From an uncultured Nitrososphaeraceae archaeon (GTDB taxonomy: Archaea > Thermoproteota > Nitrososphaeria > Nitrososphaerales > Nitrososphaeraceae), in NCBI GenBank assembly GCA_963825865.1, contig CAWGVG010000056.1, positions 1 to 34,096 on the forward strand: a DNA stretch of 34,096 bases, in the 5' to 3' direction. Shown here one piece after another: positions 11,009 to 21,635 of this stretch. The stretch's first letter is position 1. Every line of letters begins with the position of its first letter. Below the pieces are notes generated by a model. It was not told the origin of the DNA. It did not search any database and worked only from the letters and a program-made list of their open reading frames with translations. Both the position numbers and the translations under genes were made by a program.

Positions 11009-11574
11009 TTTCTTGTAGAAGGGTGCAGAAACCCCAAGGCAGTTACAATTCTCGTAAGAAGGCGGCTCACAGAGAGTAGTTGACGAAGCTGAGCGTTCTA
11101 TACATGATGCCTTGATGGTGATAAAAGATGTTTTAGAAAAACCACAAATAGTTGCAGGCGGCGGTGCTCCTGAAGCATATATTGCAACTCAATTGAGAGA
11201 ATGGTCAAGTAGTATAGAAGGAAGGGCGCAGCTATCAGTTCACAAATATGCAGACGCGCTTGATTCGATTCCATTAACACTCGCAGAAAATGCAGGTATG
11301 GATCCAATCGATACTATGACTGAATTAAAGATCAAAACAGAGCAAGGGTGCGAAATGGACTGGCATGGACGTCAGAAACACGGTGGTTGCTGATATGTTC
11401 AAACAGGATGTGCTAGAGCCAGTTATTGTTAAGGAACAAATCATTAAATCTGCTACAGAAACAGCTTGCATGATATTAAGAGTAGATGATGTAATTGCTT
11501 CAAGCAAGTCAAAGACGCCCCCTATGCCTCCAGGAGCTGGTGCCGGTGGAATGGGAGGAATGGGTATGGAGTAA
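11009..11574 (+). pseudogene. ths: Thermosome (group II chaperonin) subunit, C-terminal third only
   Basis: FLVEGCRNPKAVTILVR, VVDEAERSIHDAL, IVAGGGAPE, LAENAGMDPID, ILRVDDVI, GGMGGMGME tail; two +1 indels; no 5' part. Confidence 0.92.
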
Positions 11575-11830
11575 AAAAAGGCTCTCCTTATTTTTGGAGC
11601 ATATGTGTTAGAGATGCCACATATGCAGATTGAAGATTCATGATAGTAACAGGCCCTAGGATCAATTTAGCTGAAGAATTAGTTGATAGGATTCATTCTC
11701 TGTTTATGAATAGACTAGAAATAGATTGTAAGCAAACAGGCCCTCCTGCTTATACGAATTATAATGGAATTAACAGGCAAGTTGTAATATCTGAATACAT
11801 TATAACCATAATATATAATTAACAACCAAA

Positions 11831-12031
11831 ATGATGACAATGGATAATAATAATAATAGCCTTGACTTGAAAGGAGTAATTGTCCTAAATATAGGAAGAA
11901 ATAAAAAATTGGTGAAAAACGCGAATGGATCATTTGCACTATTCAACACGGAAACGCACGATGTAGAGATGACGGGTAATAATAGCGATCATATAGAAGT
12001 AGTTGCCTATCATGGAGTTTCTGGACAATGA
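11831..12031 (+). CDS. Hypothetical protein
   Basis: 66-aa ORF with plausible composition, no recognisable motif. Confidence 0.3.
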   Translation: MMTMDNNNNSLDLKGVIVLNIGRNKKLVKNANGSFALFNTETHDVEMTGNNSDHIEVVAYHGVSGQ

Positions 12032-12216
12032 CAAGAAGAGGACCAAACAAAAGGTAGTAATAATAATAACAATTCTCTCAAAATATACTCTTTAGTGATA
12101 CGAATAGGTGGCAACAAAGATGACGATGATAATCCAGCGAAATATAGAGCAACGATACGACCGTGTTTTTTCATATGGTTTTATTATCCAGTCCGAATTC
12201 ACATTCTACCTACAAT

Positions 12217-12447
12217 ATGGCAGCAATAGATGTTGAGGAGTATGCCCTAATGGCTGATATATTAAAGGTATGTAAGAATGGGTGCACAAAAGAAAAGATA
12301 ACGCATCTGTCGCACGATCAGCTAAGAAGAATTACAGCAGAGATGGTAGACAAAGAGTTCTTGCAATATATTGAACATCAGCAAGTCTATATTACAACAG
12401 ATAAAGGATACATATTTCTTGATAAAAGACAGCGATCAAATAACTAA
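12217..12447 (+). CDS. Small winged-helix DNA-binding protein
   Basis: MADILKVCKNGCTKEKI...LSHDQLRRITAEMVDKEFL...YITTDKGYIFL matches the archaeal wHTH pattern. Confidence 0.75.
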   Translation: MAAIDVEEYALMADILKVCKNGCTKEKITHLSHDQLRRITAEMVDKEFLQYIEHQQVYITTDKGYIFLDKRQRSNN

Positions 12448-12696
12448 AGGTAGAAGCAAGGACATTTAATTTCAAGAACATATTTTATACTCCTTCTATT
12501 GCACCTTTCGTTCTTGTCATATGAAATCTTAACATTTTCATAATGTTTCTAACACAGAATTATATTCCTCAAACCACATCAATATATGTATGAGGTGTTA
12601 GATGGTCCTTTCAAAAAATGGAGACACTTACACAAGTTTTACAATAACAATGGAAAACAAAGAGATAATAGATGAAATTGAATTTGAATTACAGAC

Positions 12697-12905
12697 TCAA
12701 AATATGCTATCCTTATCGCATACAAGGAAATAGTTTATTTGCTGGTCGCCATAACTTCTACTCGGTTCTCTGCGATATCTACTTTTGCGATTATAACCTC
12801 GCTGTTCTCTATAGCTCCTTTTACTTCTATTACTCCCATATCCACCATGATAACCTCCATTTCTGTTGCCGCCACTTTTATACCAATATCTGTGTCTTTG
12901 ATATT
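12697..12905 (-). pseudogene. Arg/Gly/Tyr-rich low-complexity tail fragment
   Basis: A frame not in the ORF track reads YQRHRYWYKSGGNRNGGYHGGYGSNRSKRSYREQRGYNRKSRYRREPSRSYGDQQ. Confidence 0.35.
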
Positions 12906-13175
12906 TTGATCATTATTATATCCACAACTGTTCAGTACTTGAAGTCTTCTTATCAATAGTGATAATAGCGATAGTGTAATGGTTCCCAGATGTGGATATT
13001 CTTATCAATCCACAACTACCGTTCAGTCATTGAATGTCTCTATGTACATCACTTACGTGTTGCTAACAAATTATGTGAGTTTTCATTCACGTGAATTTCC
13101 ATTTCCAATATATTTAACAGAACCTTACAACCAGTTGTAGGATTTCCTTAAATAGTTCCCAACTTACCAAAGGAT

Positions 13176-13682
13176 ATGTCAAATCACGAATGTATTAGGA
13201 AACTATGGGTCGTACCACTCTTTATTGCTCTTGCATTTCTATTTATTATTCCAAGTACTGCAATATTGCTTAGTAATAATAGCTATTTAGGTACTACTAC
13301 CAATCTTGTATATGGTCAACTAGATCAAATGAATTCCAATGTTACAAATTCACTAAACATCCAAAATATACCAGTAAAAAAAGTCCACGTGGGAGATATT
13401 GACATTGCATACAAGATGTTTGGTAAAGGTGACCCTATTTTACTTTTCAATGGCGCTTCTGATAGTATGGATGCCTGGGATCCGTCCTTTCTAACGGGTC
13501 TTTCTTCAAATCACACAGTAATCGCGTTTGATCAACGTGGAATTGCAAATACAACAGCTGGTTCCAAACCATACACTTATCAGCAACTAGCAAACGATAC
13601 AGCTGGTTTGCTTGATGCTCTAAAAATACCAAAAGCAGATGTTATGGGATATTCTTTGGGAGGTTATGGTTGTAGAAGATGA
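13176..13682 (+). pseudogene. Secreted alpha/beta hydrolase, truncated just after the nucleophile elbow
   Basis: KKVHVGDIDIAYKMFGKGDPILLFNG...VIAFDQRG...ADVMGYSLGG, then stop. Confidence 0.88.
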
Positions 13683-14009
13683 CCTAATAGCCTGATGATG
13701 ATTTGTTAGGATTTAAAAGTATAGCATAATGCTCAATATATAACGACAGTGTAAGAGTACTTGCTGAGCTTCATAGCTTCAGATATATTTATACTATAGA
13801 AGAACCTAAACTCAGAATCATCACAGTTTGAAGCATTAAGACATTTATCACATGTAGTTTAACAAAATAACTTTTCAGGAACAATCTGAACTTCCATATA
13901 GGTACAAGAATATAGTTTTTTTACATCATATTAACTTATTATGGAATGCTATTTTCATAATCTCAGAACCTGATACTTCTACTCTATTTTAATGGATGCA
14001 TTATATGTT

Positions 14010-16849
14010 CTAGCAAACTATAGTTGGTGGCGCATCAACCACTTTTCCATATTTCAAGTCTACTAATCGTGCCAGCTTTCTTGGCTGGGCTTTTGAAGTA
14101 ATGCCTGCCATTAGATGAAGCAGCACCTGCCCATCCATTTAACATCATATCAAAGTTACCTAGAATAATTAACTTTTCTTTTGACCTAGAAATAGCAACG
14201 TTCAGATCCTGTAATGTTCCAGCTGCACCTACATTCCTTTCAGGATTATTTCTAGTTAGTGAAAAAAGGACAATATCAGCTTGAGTTCCTAATGCACCTG
14301 TAGTAGTAGTTACTTTAATATCTGTATGTCCCATTCTTTGCAAATACCTTCTTATGATTTGTTTTTGAGCTGTGAATCTGGTGATAACAGCGATGGATTT
14401 ATTATGATTATTACGTGTTATGTGAATTAAATGATTACAGATCTTTGCACATGCTTTAGCTTCCATATCATTTGCCCATGATGAGGGGCCTATCGGCTGC
14501 TCATTACCATTGATATCAACCCATGTTGTAACTTCGTCAGGTTGAATAATTTCACGAATTCTATATCCGGTGATCTGTCCAAGACTAACCTCCTTGAAGC
14601 GATTTCAGGAGCAGATCTCAATCCATCATATTCAGCGAATTCATTAACTAGCCCAGACAACCGATCTGGAAGACGATGTGAAATACGTAATGTATCCCAA
14701 CGCGATCTCTTCATTACCCATTCAATTGCACTGTAATCGACTCGCACAGGACTGATAGGTCTCGATTGTTTTGGATCTCCAACTACTGTGGCAACTGTAC
14801 CACATTGTGATATTAGTTCCATGAGGTCGTTGATTTGAGAAGAATTGCTATTTGCATTAGTATCATCAGAATTGTTATTATTACTGTGCTATTCTTGTAT
14901 TGTTGTGCTATTGCATTATTGACACCAAACCAAAATGGCCACAGTAAATGTTCTAGTCTTTCAATACCGGCTTCATCGATAATCATATTGTCAAACCTCA
15001 TCAAAGAAGGTAATCTTTTGAGTGATAAGTTTGTAGATATTATAATCCTCTTCTCTTGAATCTCATCGGCAGATCTGCTGAAAGGAATTGGTATAAGGGA
15101 TCTACTCCTGTTGGATTACCTGTTCTAAGGCATAACCTCTTTGCTACTTCTGGACCTAGTATGTTACAAAGCTCCCAGCAAAACTCATTGGCAGCAGCAT
15201 TAGTATAAGCTACAAGCAGAACTCTCTTAGCAAGATCTTCAGCTATCATCTTGATAGCTAATCCACTTCCAACAGTTGTCTTGCCACAACCAGGTGGGCC
15301 TACTACGGCTGCAATATCTTTAGTGTTGCACGCCAGTTTAACACCCTAAGCTGTTCTGTATCAAGAGAGAATTATTCATTCTGATTACAGCCGAAAAATA
15401 ACTCTGTGGGTAGCATTATGTCAGCAGCTAATCGATGGAACCTATGCATTGGCTCAGAGTACTCTTCGTGTAAGATTGATTTCATCTGGAATGATTATGA
15501 TTGGAAGATCGAACAGTTGTGTTTTAGCACGTTGAGCAATTGTGTTTCAATCAAAATCTACTACCAATTTTGTGTCATCTACTTCCTTTACAAACCCTTT
15601 TTCATTTACACAGGCCAGAAGGGGAATGCTGTCACCATCACCTTCTTGTTCTTTGCCAATTATTCTGACAATTTTACGTGGTTCTAGCAGGGTAAGCGTT
15701 GTGATATCATCATTGTTATCATTATAGTTTTTTACAAGAGTAATTGAATTGTCATTAATCGAATGTACTCTGTATCCGGAATGTATGACACCGGTTCTTT
15801 CAAGTTCCCGTAATGCAGCTGCTTCTCCTAATCTATCAATTATGCTACTAATTACAAATTTGTGTTTGTGGGTTTCAGCGCGTTCATCTAAAACAAGGTA
15901 TCGCCTTTTTACTAACAAGCGTCTAATATTAGCATAATTTACAGGTAAATTTCCTTGGAGTGCTAGTTTAGAATCCTCACGATAGAACCGACAATCAAAA
16001 GAAGATTCACCATCTCTATCACATACAGGACAGAAGGCAGGTTTTTGTGCATGTGGCCTTCCTCCACATAGAATCTCATATGCAAACTTTCTATCATTTT
16101 TAACCTTGTTAATCCAGTCTTCTCCTAATGGAAAACGTGGAATGTAGGCTCCTTCATAGAATACTACTGAACCAAATAGACATTTACTCCAGTTATTCTC
16201 ATCGCCAGTATAACGATAGTTTGTCAGTAGAAAATTTGCGATTAGCTCCCATCGATCTGTTCCACTACTACTGGTGTCTTTGGTTATATCATTTGTCTTC
16301 CAATCTACAAGACCGTATCTGCCATCCTTGAATTCAAAAATAGCATCAATTCTCCCTTCTTGCACTTCTTTTACATTGGTTATGGTGATCTCCGTCACAG
16401 CTCGTTTAGGTTGCTCATATTTTTTCATTATGCGTTTTGCAAGACCAAGCAAAAGGCCATGGAAACGATCTTGTACTTCGTAGTCGAATGTTTCTAGAAC
16501 AGGAGTTTTTCCCTCCATTCTAGCCTTTTCTTTTGCATTGGCTATCCCCTTTTCTACAATACCTTCTGAGTCTTTATCTATAGATTTTGCAATATGTTCA
16601 AAATCTTATTCTGTCTTACCTTGCTGCCAATTATCCAAAATTGTTGTTGGCGAAGCTAGGCTTATGATATCATGAACTGTATTGGCAATTAGATAATCTC
16701 GCTCTCCTCCAGACAACTCCAAACGGATAACTCATTTTGAATAAATAAGGACACACACATGTGGTGGCAATTTCTTTTGATTGCACTAGATGAGTCTTTG
16801 TGCGTGCCATAGTTTTGTAAAGGTCTCTTACTACAAGGTTGTTACTCAT
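14010..16849 (-). CDS. Dna2-like Fe-S PD-(D/E)XK nuclease fused to SF1 (Upf1/Dna2-type) helicase; multiple frameshifts
   Basis: N-terminal TTCVCPY...TVHDII; EGRIDAIFEFKDGRYGLVDWKT; FCPVCDRDGESSFDC; Walker A GPPGCGKTT (about 15275-15300); VAYTNAAA; IIDEAG; VGDPKQ; QADIVLFSLTR; LNVAISRSKEKLIILGN. Confidence 0.88.
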
Positions 16850-16889
16850 TTATAGAATTGCACCCATATCCACAATAAATAACCACCGT

Positions 16890-17121
16890 TTATAACCAAC
16901 CACACTCACCAATGGTTAAATCGCAATTTTCGCATTGATATCGGGCTTTATCTGAATCATAGATCTTGATCATGGTATCAAAACAATCAGGACAGTCTAC
17001 TACGAGTTCTTCTTCCGGCTCTGGTTGTAGATCAGTCAGTGTCTTGATCAGCTATTTCCTCCAGATTATTATCTGCTCTTTCTAAGATTACTGCCTTCTG
17101 AGATAATATCGTTTTTGTCAA
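16890..17121 (-). CDS. Small zinc-ribbon protein (one frameshift)
   Basis: PEPEEELVVDCPDCFDTMIKIYDSDKARYQCENCDLTIG (CxxC-x16-CxxC); not in the ORF track; ends 40 bp before the nuclease-helicase ATG. Confidence 0.65.
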
Positions 17122-17161
17122 TCCGATGAGTCTTCTTACATACACAATAGCAAACAATATA

Positions 17162-17187
17162 AGTAATATCATATGACTAATATTACT
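17162..17187. promoter_or_regulatory. Inverted repeat, candidate operator in divergent promoter
   Basis: AGTAATAT-N10-ATATTACT, overlapping a TCATATGA palindrome. Confidence 0.45.
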
Positions 17188-18030
17188 AAAGTGACTATAG
17201 CGAGCACTGATACTATGCTTAATACAGTTAACTCGCTACAAATCCTCCGTGTTCACGTGGCACCAGTTGGGTTCGAAGTAGACAGGATAGTCTTACCTGC
17301 TATCAGAATGAAGGCTGACAGAGTATGGCTTATTGTGCATAATGAACCTCATGCTGACAAGGGAGGTAGATTCGTGAAATTAATTCAAGCAAAGTTAAAG
17401 GATGCCAGAATTGATTGTTTACAAGCGCAAGCTGATAGAATTGATCTCTTTGATATATTAAGAGCTCTAAGAACAATATTTTTGCGAGAGAAAGGAAACT
17501 CTATTTTAGTAAATGTATCAGTTGGTAGTAAGATTCAAGCCATTGCTTCTATGATGGCATGCATGATGTTCAAAGACATTGCCATGATAAAGCCGTATTA
17601 TGTTGTACCTCAAAGATATAACAGCACGTTAGTAAAGGAGGAGGAAAAGCAAGAAACTGAAGGTGTAAAAGATATCATTGGCCTTCCAGAATACAAAATT
17701 GAAATTCCTACTGATAGATTGATAAGATGTTTGGACATAATAAATAAAAAAACTGATGGCAAAATTACTAAACGCGAGCTCAAAGATCTAGCAATAGAAC
17801 ATAATCTTATCTATGTAGAAAGTGATAATAAAAAAACAATTGGTGGCAAGAAGAGAGCAAGAGGAGAATATAGCGATCAAGCGGCCTATATGACATTGAA
17901 TAAAAATCTGATAGAGCCATTACTTGATTGGCGATTTATCACTGAAAGTAAGATTGGATCTCATCATGTAGTTTCATTAACGGATGATGGAAAACACGCT
18001 TTAAAATTCCTTAATGCAGATATTCTTTGA
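17173..18030 (+). CDS. DUF6293/HFX_2341-like regulator: CARF-like Rossmann domain plus C-terminal winged helix (Csa3-like architecture); true start may be ATG 17215
   Basis: RVHVAPVGFEVDRIV...ADRVWLI...ILVNVSVGSKIQAIASMMACM...PYYVVP, then ITKREL...IEPLLDWRFITESKIG...VSLTDDGK; intact 285-aa ORF. Confidence 0.85.
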   Translation: MTNITKVTIASTDTMLNTVNSLQILRVHVAPVGFEVDRIVLPAIRMKADRVWLIVHNEPHADKGGRFVKLIQAKLKDARIDCLQAQADRIDLFDILRALRTIFLREKGNSILVNVSVGSKIQAIASMMACMMFKDIAMIKPYYVVPQRYNSTLVKEEEKQETEGVKDIIGLPEYKIEIPTDRLIRCLDIINKKTDGKITKRELKDLAIEHNLIYVESDNKKTIGGKKRARGEYSDQAAYMTLNKNLIEPLLDWRFITESKIGSHHVVSLTDDGKHALKFLNADIL

Positions 18031-18166
18031 ATTCTACGTGTATTGACAAAAGACAGCGTTGATGATATTCTACGTTGGACAAAAATGTATGTTGCTATCT
18101 TAAAAAACCAAATAAGCTGACACTATAAGTTTCCCCCACTTATTCATTGAAATCCCATTCTTAACA

Positions 18167-18331
18167 CTATACACTTACCAAAATTGCTCCATTCATTGCA
18201 CCTATAGAAGTACCGGCAACGATATCGAATAACAGGCTATCTTCTCCTTTACCTTTTTTATTATCCCAATTATCTTCTTCTTTGAACTTTTCACATAATA
18301 CCTTAAGTACACCTACCTCATAAGCGCCAAG
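18167..18331 (-). pseudogene. Patatin-like phospholipase fragment
   Basis: LGAYEVGVLKVL...FDIVAGTSIGAMNGAILVS (GxSxG nucleophile); not in the ORF track. Confidence 0.85.
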
Positions 18332-18901
18332 TTCCGGTTGCATCTAGTTTAGTTACCAGGCTAAATGTCTTGAACTGGTTCTGCGTAGCTCGCAGGCAGT
18401 GGCTGCGTCGTCCTAGATGTCGCATTTTCAAGACCAAGGGGCCACGTGTCAGTAAAGTTTTCCCATTGGGACGTGTCGGTATCATTGGCAAGTGAAAATG
18501 GATTTCAGAAAACTATTTGAAATTCAGTTCTGTAGTTTAGATGGCAGTAGTAGTAATAATCTACTACTGCGATAATCCTAAAGAAGATACAAGCATTATC
18601 TCTAGCCAAAGATTGTTATTCAATGAAGGTAAAACCAAGTTTGATATGCGAATTTGGCTGTCCATACAACTCATAGGCAGCCATTAGAAGTTTTAGCTTT
18701 CTAGTCCACATAAGTAAGATAAGAAGTACTTCAATGTGCTATCATTGATTGAAATTCTGTGACTTTATATTTACGTCCAGTACAAACCCATAAAGACAAG
18801 ATCATTTCATTAAAAATGAATACAAAAACTATGGACGTATATGATCCTACAAGCGTAGAAGTTGAACGCCACTTTGAAACAAGCACGGTGAAATTGAACA
18901 T

Positions 18902-19225
18902 TTGAGCCTGCAAATTGAACACAAACAAAAACAAGAAAAAGAAGGCAGTAGAATTGATTGGCGCAGGAATAAAGTCCAGGAGTGAGCAGCCAGGGACACA
19001 GCCAGAGAGAAATAGCACAGCTATTACAGGTATCTAATGGTACTGTTAACAGAGACCTATCGTACCTCAGGCAGCAGGCAAAGTCCAATATCAGAAGGTA
19101 CATTGACGAGAGGCTGCCAGAAGAGTACGAGAAATGACTTGTTGGCTTCACAGCAATATTAAGAGAGGCATGTAATGCTTCACAGCAGTCAGATGAAAAG
19201 AGAGAAAAAATACAAGCTTTATCGC
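18902..19225 (+). pseudogene. HTH protein of a family common in Nitrososphaeraceae, disrupted
   Basis: IDWRRNKVQE/SSQGHSQREIAQLLQVSNGTVNRDLSYLRQQAKSNIRRYIDERLPEEYEK*LVGFTAILREA...KREKIQALS; one frameshift and one in-frame TGA. Confidence 0.75.
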
Positions 19226-19317
19226 GCGCGATTGTCTAATGAATGAATGAATCTAAAACCAAAAATTGTAATTATTGTTTTTTGATTTTGTTATCTGAAA
19301 GGTTTGAAGTAAAATAA

Positions 19318-19758
19318 CTATTTCACTACCATTACAGGACAATGTGAATAAGTTACTACTTTATAAGCAACACTTCCAAGTAGTATTTTCTTGAAACCTG
19401 ATCTTCCTCTTGTTCCAACAACAATCAGATCAACGTCTTTATCTTCAGCATAATCTACTATACCTCCTGCTGTATTTGTAGAAGCAATAATTTCTGTTTT
19501 TATCGGAATATTCTTTTCATTTGCTTTGAGTTTAACTTTATCCAAATATTTCTGAGCTTCTTTGTTCATGTCTATTGTATTGTAAGCTGCTGTTGTCATT
19601 TCTCCAGTTGATCCAAATAAATCAGCGTCAGCTGGGTGTATAACATGCAAAGCATAAAGAAGTTCTGCATTATATTGTTCAGATATAGATACAGCATAAT
19701 CTGCTGCATCCATTGACGCATCAGAGCCATCTATTGCAATTAATATTTTGGAGAACAT
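19318..19758 (-). CDS. uspA: Universal stress protein (UspA family)
   Basis: MFSKILIAIDGS...VDLIVVGTRGRSGFKKILLGSVAYKVVTYSHCPVMVVK. Confidence 0.95.
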   Translation of the reverse strand: MFSKILIAIDGSDASMDAADYAVSISEQYNAELLYALHVIHPADADLFGSTGEMTTAAYNTIDMNKEAQKYLDKVKLKANEKNIPIKTEIIASTNTAGGIVDYAEDKDVDLIVVGTRGRSGFKKILLGSVAYKVVTYSHCPVMVVK

Positions 19759-19943
19759 TGTCTTTTGACTAGCGTAGTAGTTGACATATATGTATGTACT
19801 TTTAGTTAAAAAAGAAGATCTATTAAAATTCATGTCTTAGAGTCATCATAGGTTCAGATCCTATCTCTTGTTGACATGCCATGAATATACTATATATATT
19901 ATTAAAGAACTATTACTTCAATACCTTTGATCATACAGTGTAT

Positions 19944-20274
19944 ATGTCTGCTGATCAGAGACTAACCAAATTTATAAAAGAAGGTAAGGACTGGGAAAGG
20001 AAAGCTACCAGTATACCTGGCATATTCTTACTTAGGTTACCTGGGCTAAGGTCAACTGCTCCTTCCTTAGCTATTGAAATAAATCCTGTTGATTCGACTG
20101 GTTCTGCTACCAAGAAAAGAGGAGTTGTAATTAGGTCTAGTTACTGAGCTAGCGCAAATTAATAAACTGCTTTCAAATCCAAAACTTCCTCAGTTAGCAA
20201 AAAGTATGGACGAAGTAAATCCTGAAGTAAAACGACTTACGGCTACAAAGGAATCAGATATTTTTGAGATCTAA
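19944..20274 (+). CDS. Conserved archaeal hypothetical protein, one frameshift
   Basis: MSADQRLTKFIKEGKDWERKATSIPGIFLLRLP...IEINPVDSTGSATKKRGVVIRS, continuing ELAQINKLLSNPK...SDIFEI*. Confidence 0.7.
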
Positions 20275-20317
20275 TACTACTGGTAATAATTATAATGATG
20301 GCCAAGAAGTTAATAAT

Positions 20318-20592
20318 ATGGCCAAGCCATCAGACGTTCTTAAATCTCTAGAAAGGATGGCCAAAAATGAATTTGTTCCATCTATAGGCCCTGTCAAAGG
20401 TAGAATCATAACAGAAATTATCAAAAAATATAATCCAAAAAACATTCTTGAGGTTGGCACCTTGTATGGTTACTCTGCTATACTGATGGCTACTACTGCC
20501 TACTGATATTCTTCAAGCAGATGGAAAAATAGTAACTATAGAAATAGACAGATCAGTTGCAGATATCGCAAGAAAAAATGTAGCTGGTGCCT
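20318..20592 (+). pseudogene. SAM-dependent O-methyltransferase, truncated next to IS630
   Basis: PSIGPVKG...NPKNILEVGTLYGYSAILMA / GKIVTIEIDRSVADIARKNV. Confidence 0.85.
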
Positions 20593-20613
20593 ATGTATCC
20601 AATGGATCAGAAC

Positions 20614-21635
20614 TATACTAATTAACATAAATTCGTATACTCATCTCAGCAGATACTTGACAATATCTAAATTGAAACGTCTAGTCCTGTAATATTCTCT
20701 TATTGCCTTCAGATCAAGAAATTTGGGATAGTATTTTGATACCAACAGATCATATTTTCCCTGTTTCCAGCATTCCTCGACAGCATTGAATTCTGGTGAG
20801 CTCTTTGGAAAATATTCGACTCTAATGACATCCTTGTTTTCTTCTAGATATGTTCTAACCTTTCTTGAACGATAATGTTGTGTTGCCCGTTATCCATGAG
20901 CAAAATTATATTACCAATCTTCTTCTGTAGCTTCTTTAGATAATCCAGAAATACATTTTCATTAAACGCATGATATTGCCTAAAGAACTGCTTACAGTCA
21001 ATGGAAAGAGTGCCAAACACGTATGTTTTCTGATGAGAACCTGTTATAGTTACTACTGGGCGTGTTTTTAGGTACCCATATCTTTCTCTTCTAACATTAG
21101 TACATCATGTACAAATATGGATTCATCTAGAACTGCGACTGTGAATCCTTCTGGGACGCTAGCAAGGATCTCTTCAACTCTTTTTTGAACTGTTCCTTCT
21201 CTTCCTTTGATGCCGTATTGACAAATCTCCTTTGTGGTACTTTAGGTTTGAAACCCCACTTGTGTAGTAGCCTATAGACATGAACTTCATGGTATCTTAC
21301 ATCTGCTTTCTTGTGAATTATGTTCATAATTTCCTTAGCCTTCCAACCTGATGGGTTTTCTGATAGCTCTATTCTTATCTTTGACAGCTCCTTCTCTGGT
21401 ACCTCTGGTGGCCTGCCATTTCTTGGCCTGTCCTTTAATCCATTTAAACCATCTATATCATATCTTTTTAGCCATTTGTAGGCCCAAGCCCTAGATCTAT
21501 GGAGTTCATTCTTAGCTACATCAGTAACATTTTTGCCCTCAGCTCTAACACGTCTAACCAACAGAATTCTTTCTCTTACATCCGCATCTGATTCATGGCG
21601 ATAAGCATCATTTAGCTTATCGCTAAATGCTTCAT
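20614..21635 (-). mobile_element. IS630-family element (HTH ORF plus DDE ORF), left end lost, DDE part frameshifted
   Basis: HTH ORF 21127-21561 (AWAYKWLKRY...GLKDRPRNGRPP); A6G slippery site at 21180-21186 leading to VAVLDESIF; LLMDN; PEFNAVEECWKQGK; stop at 20641; TA-bounded end near 20614. Confidence 0.9.

Noticed and set aside
13085-13096. 12-bp palindrome ATTCACGTGAAT upstream of the hydrolase
   Set aside because: A single palindrome of this length is expected by chance in 34 kb
15547-16518. Stand-alone Cas4 / CRISPR adaptation gene
   Set aside because: The nuclease continues into a helicase, and no cas1/cas2 or array is visible
18335-18495. GC-richer segment as ncRNA or intron fragment
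   Set aside because: No recognisable family motif or convincing stems; it is open on the minus strand and may be another coding shard
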